Shown: piece by piece, positions 60,669-64,000 of the stretch | Numbering within the stretch: position 1 is the stretch's first letter | How the letters are laid out: each line of letters begins with the position of its first letter | Assembly: GCA_051530055.1 (NCBI GenBank) | Contig: CM121343.1 | Span: forward strand, 1,954,389 to 2,018,388 | Length of the DNA stretch: 64,000 nt | From: Neoechinorhynchus agilis | Lineage: Eukaryota; Animalia; Acanthocephala | Direction of reading: 5' to 3' | Made by a program: the position numbers and the translations under genes | Notes under the pieces: generated by a model | The model's database searches: none | What the model saw: only the letters and a program-made list of their open reading frames with translations | What the model was told of the DNA's origin: nothing

Positions 60669-63600
60669 TGTAAAGAGTTTGTACATTCTTGTCCGGATTC
60701 TAAGATACCTCCAGGAAGCGGGACCCCTTCCTTCAGCGATGTTTCGTCCCCTTTTTAGTTGTGCATCATCGGCGATCGTTGATATTGAACCCTTTGACTC
60801 TTAAACCGGGATTAAAGGCTCAAGTCCAGTTTACCTTTTCAGCACAACTACGGAATGTACGAACCCGGCCAGTATTTTAGCTCGGGTTAAGTGTTGAATT
60901 CTTAAATGCTTTTACTGGCAAGCCGGTTCTATTGATTCAAATTTAGGAGATTATCATAACACTTTCTTAACAACAACACACCAACGCGCTGCCACACCAC
61001 TACCACAATAATCATTGGCACACTCTACATACGTCACCCGTCACCGCAATATCGATCACCACATCTCTTCTCCCAATCAAATTTGAAACGTTGTGGAGGT
61101 CGTCTTATTCTTGTGCATCTCCGGAGTAGCTTCTCTGGTTCCTTTTTGAACTAGCTTCGTTTGCTTCGCCCGATCGTCGACGGCCTCGCTTGCTTCCTTT
61201 TCAGACACTGGTTTCTCCTCCTTCGCCGAATCCCCTTCGTTCCTTGATGACTTCTCTTCCTCATCTGTCTCTGTGGACTTCGATCCATCCATCCTATTCT
61301 CTGGTTTTAGCATTGCGAACTTTGTTTCATCCAACTCTGCATTGCTAGTCTCTTTTCCCCATCTGCATCGTAAATAGTCCACATGAATCCTCTGCTCTTT
61401 ACCGTTTTCATCAACAACACGATAAGATACCGGCCCTGTCCTGCGCTCTATCTTTCCTTTACCAAATCAAGTCCTTGTCTTGAAATTGGTACTTTTTCTT
61501 CAGATCGAACATCACTTTCAAATTTTCTGAGACGTTTTTTCATCAGGTGATGTGTGCATATTGTCGAACAATGTGGGTAAACGTCTGCCTATTAATTTTT
61601 CCGCTGGTGTTATTTTGGTGACATTGTTCTTGGAATTTCTATAATTAAAAAGAAACGCCTATAATTCCTTTTGATCAATATCTCCGATTTTGTCCATCGT
61701 TCTTCGTTTGGAAGTACCAACTATTCGTTCTAACAACCCATTGGTCTGAGGGTGATACGGAGACAATCTGTTTTGGAATTCCAAATCTGGCAAAGCAATC
61801 TTTGAGTTTGGCTATCACACAACCGGTCGTTGCTCGGCTTCCCAAGTTCCAAATCTCTGGCCACTTACTCGTGGCATCCACTAACAGCAAAAACATCTTA
61901 AAATAGACGGGCACTGCCAAATCGATGTGAAGTCCTGTCCATGATGTTGCTGGAGTATCCCATGGATACATCGGTTGTCTTTTCTTCAGAACCCTTCGCT
62001 TCTGGCAGTGTTTGCATTGATTGACGAAGATTTCCACGTCTGCTCCAATTGTAATGACCGTCGTGGAGCATACTCAACACCGTTGGGCGCAATTGCTTAA
62101 GAATGACAATTCTTTGTTGCATCATGAGCATGCCGTCTTCCTCTTACAATTCGCTTCTTCGGTCCCAGTATTTCTTTTCATCTCTATCCATCTTAGGCTC
62201 GCAACCGTATTTCAAAAACCTGACTATTCGTTGAGTTTCATCATCGTATTTCGTAGCCTCAATAATCGTCCTTCTTGATAGCTGATAGTGTTTGACACCT
62301 TCGTTCTGAATCGTAAACAACGTCCTGGCGTCGACAGTGCTCTCCTTTGCTTCTAGACTTAGTGGGTTGGGTAAGCGAGATAGACACTCGGCATACAAAT
62401 TCGTTTTGCCCTTCACGTATCTCACATCGTAATCGTACTCGTCCAACGTACTATTCGTCCATTGGTCATCTTGCTTAATGTTCTGTTTTCTCCAAATATA
62501 TGCCTTAACGGTTGATGATCCGTTTCGATCGTGAAGTGTCGGCCAAAAATATATTTACGAAAAGCCAGGGCTTCCTTATCCAATGTTGAATATTATAGCC
62601 CTGCTGGGCTGAGTTTCTTGGAAGCAAACATGATAGGCATATATTTCTGGTTTCGCTCATCAAATTGGAAAATAGCAGCTCTAACTCCTTTCTCGCTAGC
62701 ATCACAAGCTAAGGTCACTAGTTTCGCTTCATCGAATAGTATCAAGCTGATATGATTCGATACAGCCTCCTTGACATCGATAAACGCATTTTTTCATTTT
62801 TGCCCCATTTCCACTTGGGATTCACTATAAGCAAATCCTGCAACGGTGCAAAAATTGTTTGCAAATGTGATATGAATTTGTCTAAGAAGTTCACCGCACC
62901 TAAAAAGGATAGCAGCTCTTTCTTACAAACAGGATCTGCCGCCAGTTTCAAATCATCCACTCGTTCTGCACTTGCTTGTCATTCCCCTTCACCAGAGAGT
63001 GCCCCAAATAACTAACATGTTCTTTTAGAAATTGACATTTGTCCTTCTTTACTCGCACTCCCGCCGATTCCAGCCTTGAAAGGACAGTCTTCGAGTTCCG
63101 CAAATGGTCCTCATCATTCGTCCCCGAGACAATAATATCATCAATATATGCTTGTGTCATCGGTATGCCCTCAAGCAGCTCATCCATGAACAGCTGAAAC
63201 ATCTTCGGAGCTGCAGAAATTCCGAATTGGAGTCTTTGATAGCTGAACAACTCCCGGGAGTTGCAATCGTCAATAGTCCCTTAATGTCCTCATCAACTTC
63301 GAATTGTAAATATGCATCAGCCAGGTCTAAGACAGAATACTTCTAACCATTGAACAATTTACCCGCTAGTACCTCCATACTAGGCACCTTAAAGTCCCCG
63401 CAACTCCGAATCCTTCCATCGGGTATTTTTATGGGCATAATCGGTGTCGCCCATTCGATTGACTGTTCGGCGCTCTGCACTGGCTTGAGAATTCCTTCAC
63501 CTTCCAGTCGCTGTAATTCTTCTTTGATCGGTTTAATCAATGCGAACGGTATCCAACGAGCTGGCAGAAAAATGGGTTCGGCATTCTTTTTCAATGATAA

Positions 63601-64000
63601 TTTAACTTTATAATTCTTGATCGTGTCTTGGGTTTTTCGAAATACATTCGCATAATCACCCACAAGCTTTTGTAAACGTACGTCCCTTGATCCTTCGTTA
63701 ACGGTATTCACGAAAACCTGATAAGGCAGCTTCATCTCGAATTCCCTGCACCATACCAGTCTGAACAAACATCGAGGTGCCCTATCTATCACAGTCACCG
63801 GGACCTTATTCCTTTGATTTTCAACTTCCACCCATACCTTGCATTGTCCCAAATTCGGTATCCTCGATCCACTGAAACCGGTCAATAATGAGCTAGTTTC
63901 CCTATGCGATTCCAAACGACTTTACTTATTATACTGACATCGGCACCTGTGTCAAATTGCATCGAAACTTTAGAACCATTTATCCTGACTTCCACCCATG
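60669..64000 (-). mobile_element. Degenerate Mag-like Ty3/gypsy element; 5' part lies beyond the window
   Basis: Protease FDTGADVSI near 63940, RT WATPIMPIK and AYIDD, RNase H, integrase HIDLA. PPT gggagaagaga at 61064-61074, then 3' LTR TGT...ACA at 60669-61063. Many frame breaks. Confidence 0.88.

Noticed and set aside
304-63613. Numerous short ORFs antisense to or overlapping twitchin, ROCK, the kinase copies and retroelement genes
   Set aside because: Shadow frames of real coding sequence, with no recognisable motifs.

Overview
AT-rich animal genomic DNA, a compact invertebrate genome with GT-AG introns mostly 43-51 nt. The species cannot be named from sequence alone. 1-31 kb holds host genes: the 5' part of a twitchin/projectin giant muscle gene (-), TCF/pangolin with HMG box and C-clamp (-), an AQP8-like aquaporin (+) and Rho-kinase (+), separated by a 151-bp satellite and a 111/222-bp higher-order repeat. 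31-53 kb is an accessory zone with a full-length Mag-like Ty3/gypsy element (155-bp LTRs, 5-bp TSD, tRNA-Leu PBS), a truncated CsRN1-like gypsy, LINE relics and three Penelope-like element (PLE) copies or fragments. These are interleaved with three copies of a kinase-domain-only HIPK-like gene: one intact, one N-half pseudogene, and one C-half fused in frame to a Penelope RT. 54-64 kb holds LYRM4/ISD11, a RasGEF1-type gene, MITE-like pieces and a second Mag-like gypsy with two LTR copies. The most notable signal is a set of short non-coding fold-back elements (22075-22279, 26487-26653, 58232-58335) carrying minimal type-I hammerhead ribozyme motifs. They share the architecture of the hammerhead in the inverted pseudo-LTR of the Penelope element at 45973-48447, and are candidate PLE-mobilised palindromic retrozyme-like elements. 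All folds and alignments were done by eye. No searches or folding programs were run.
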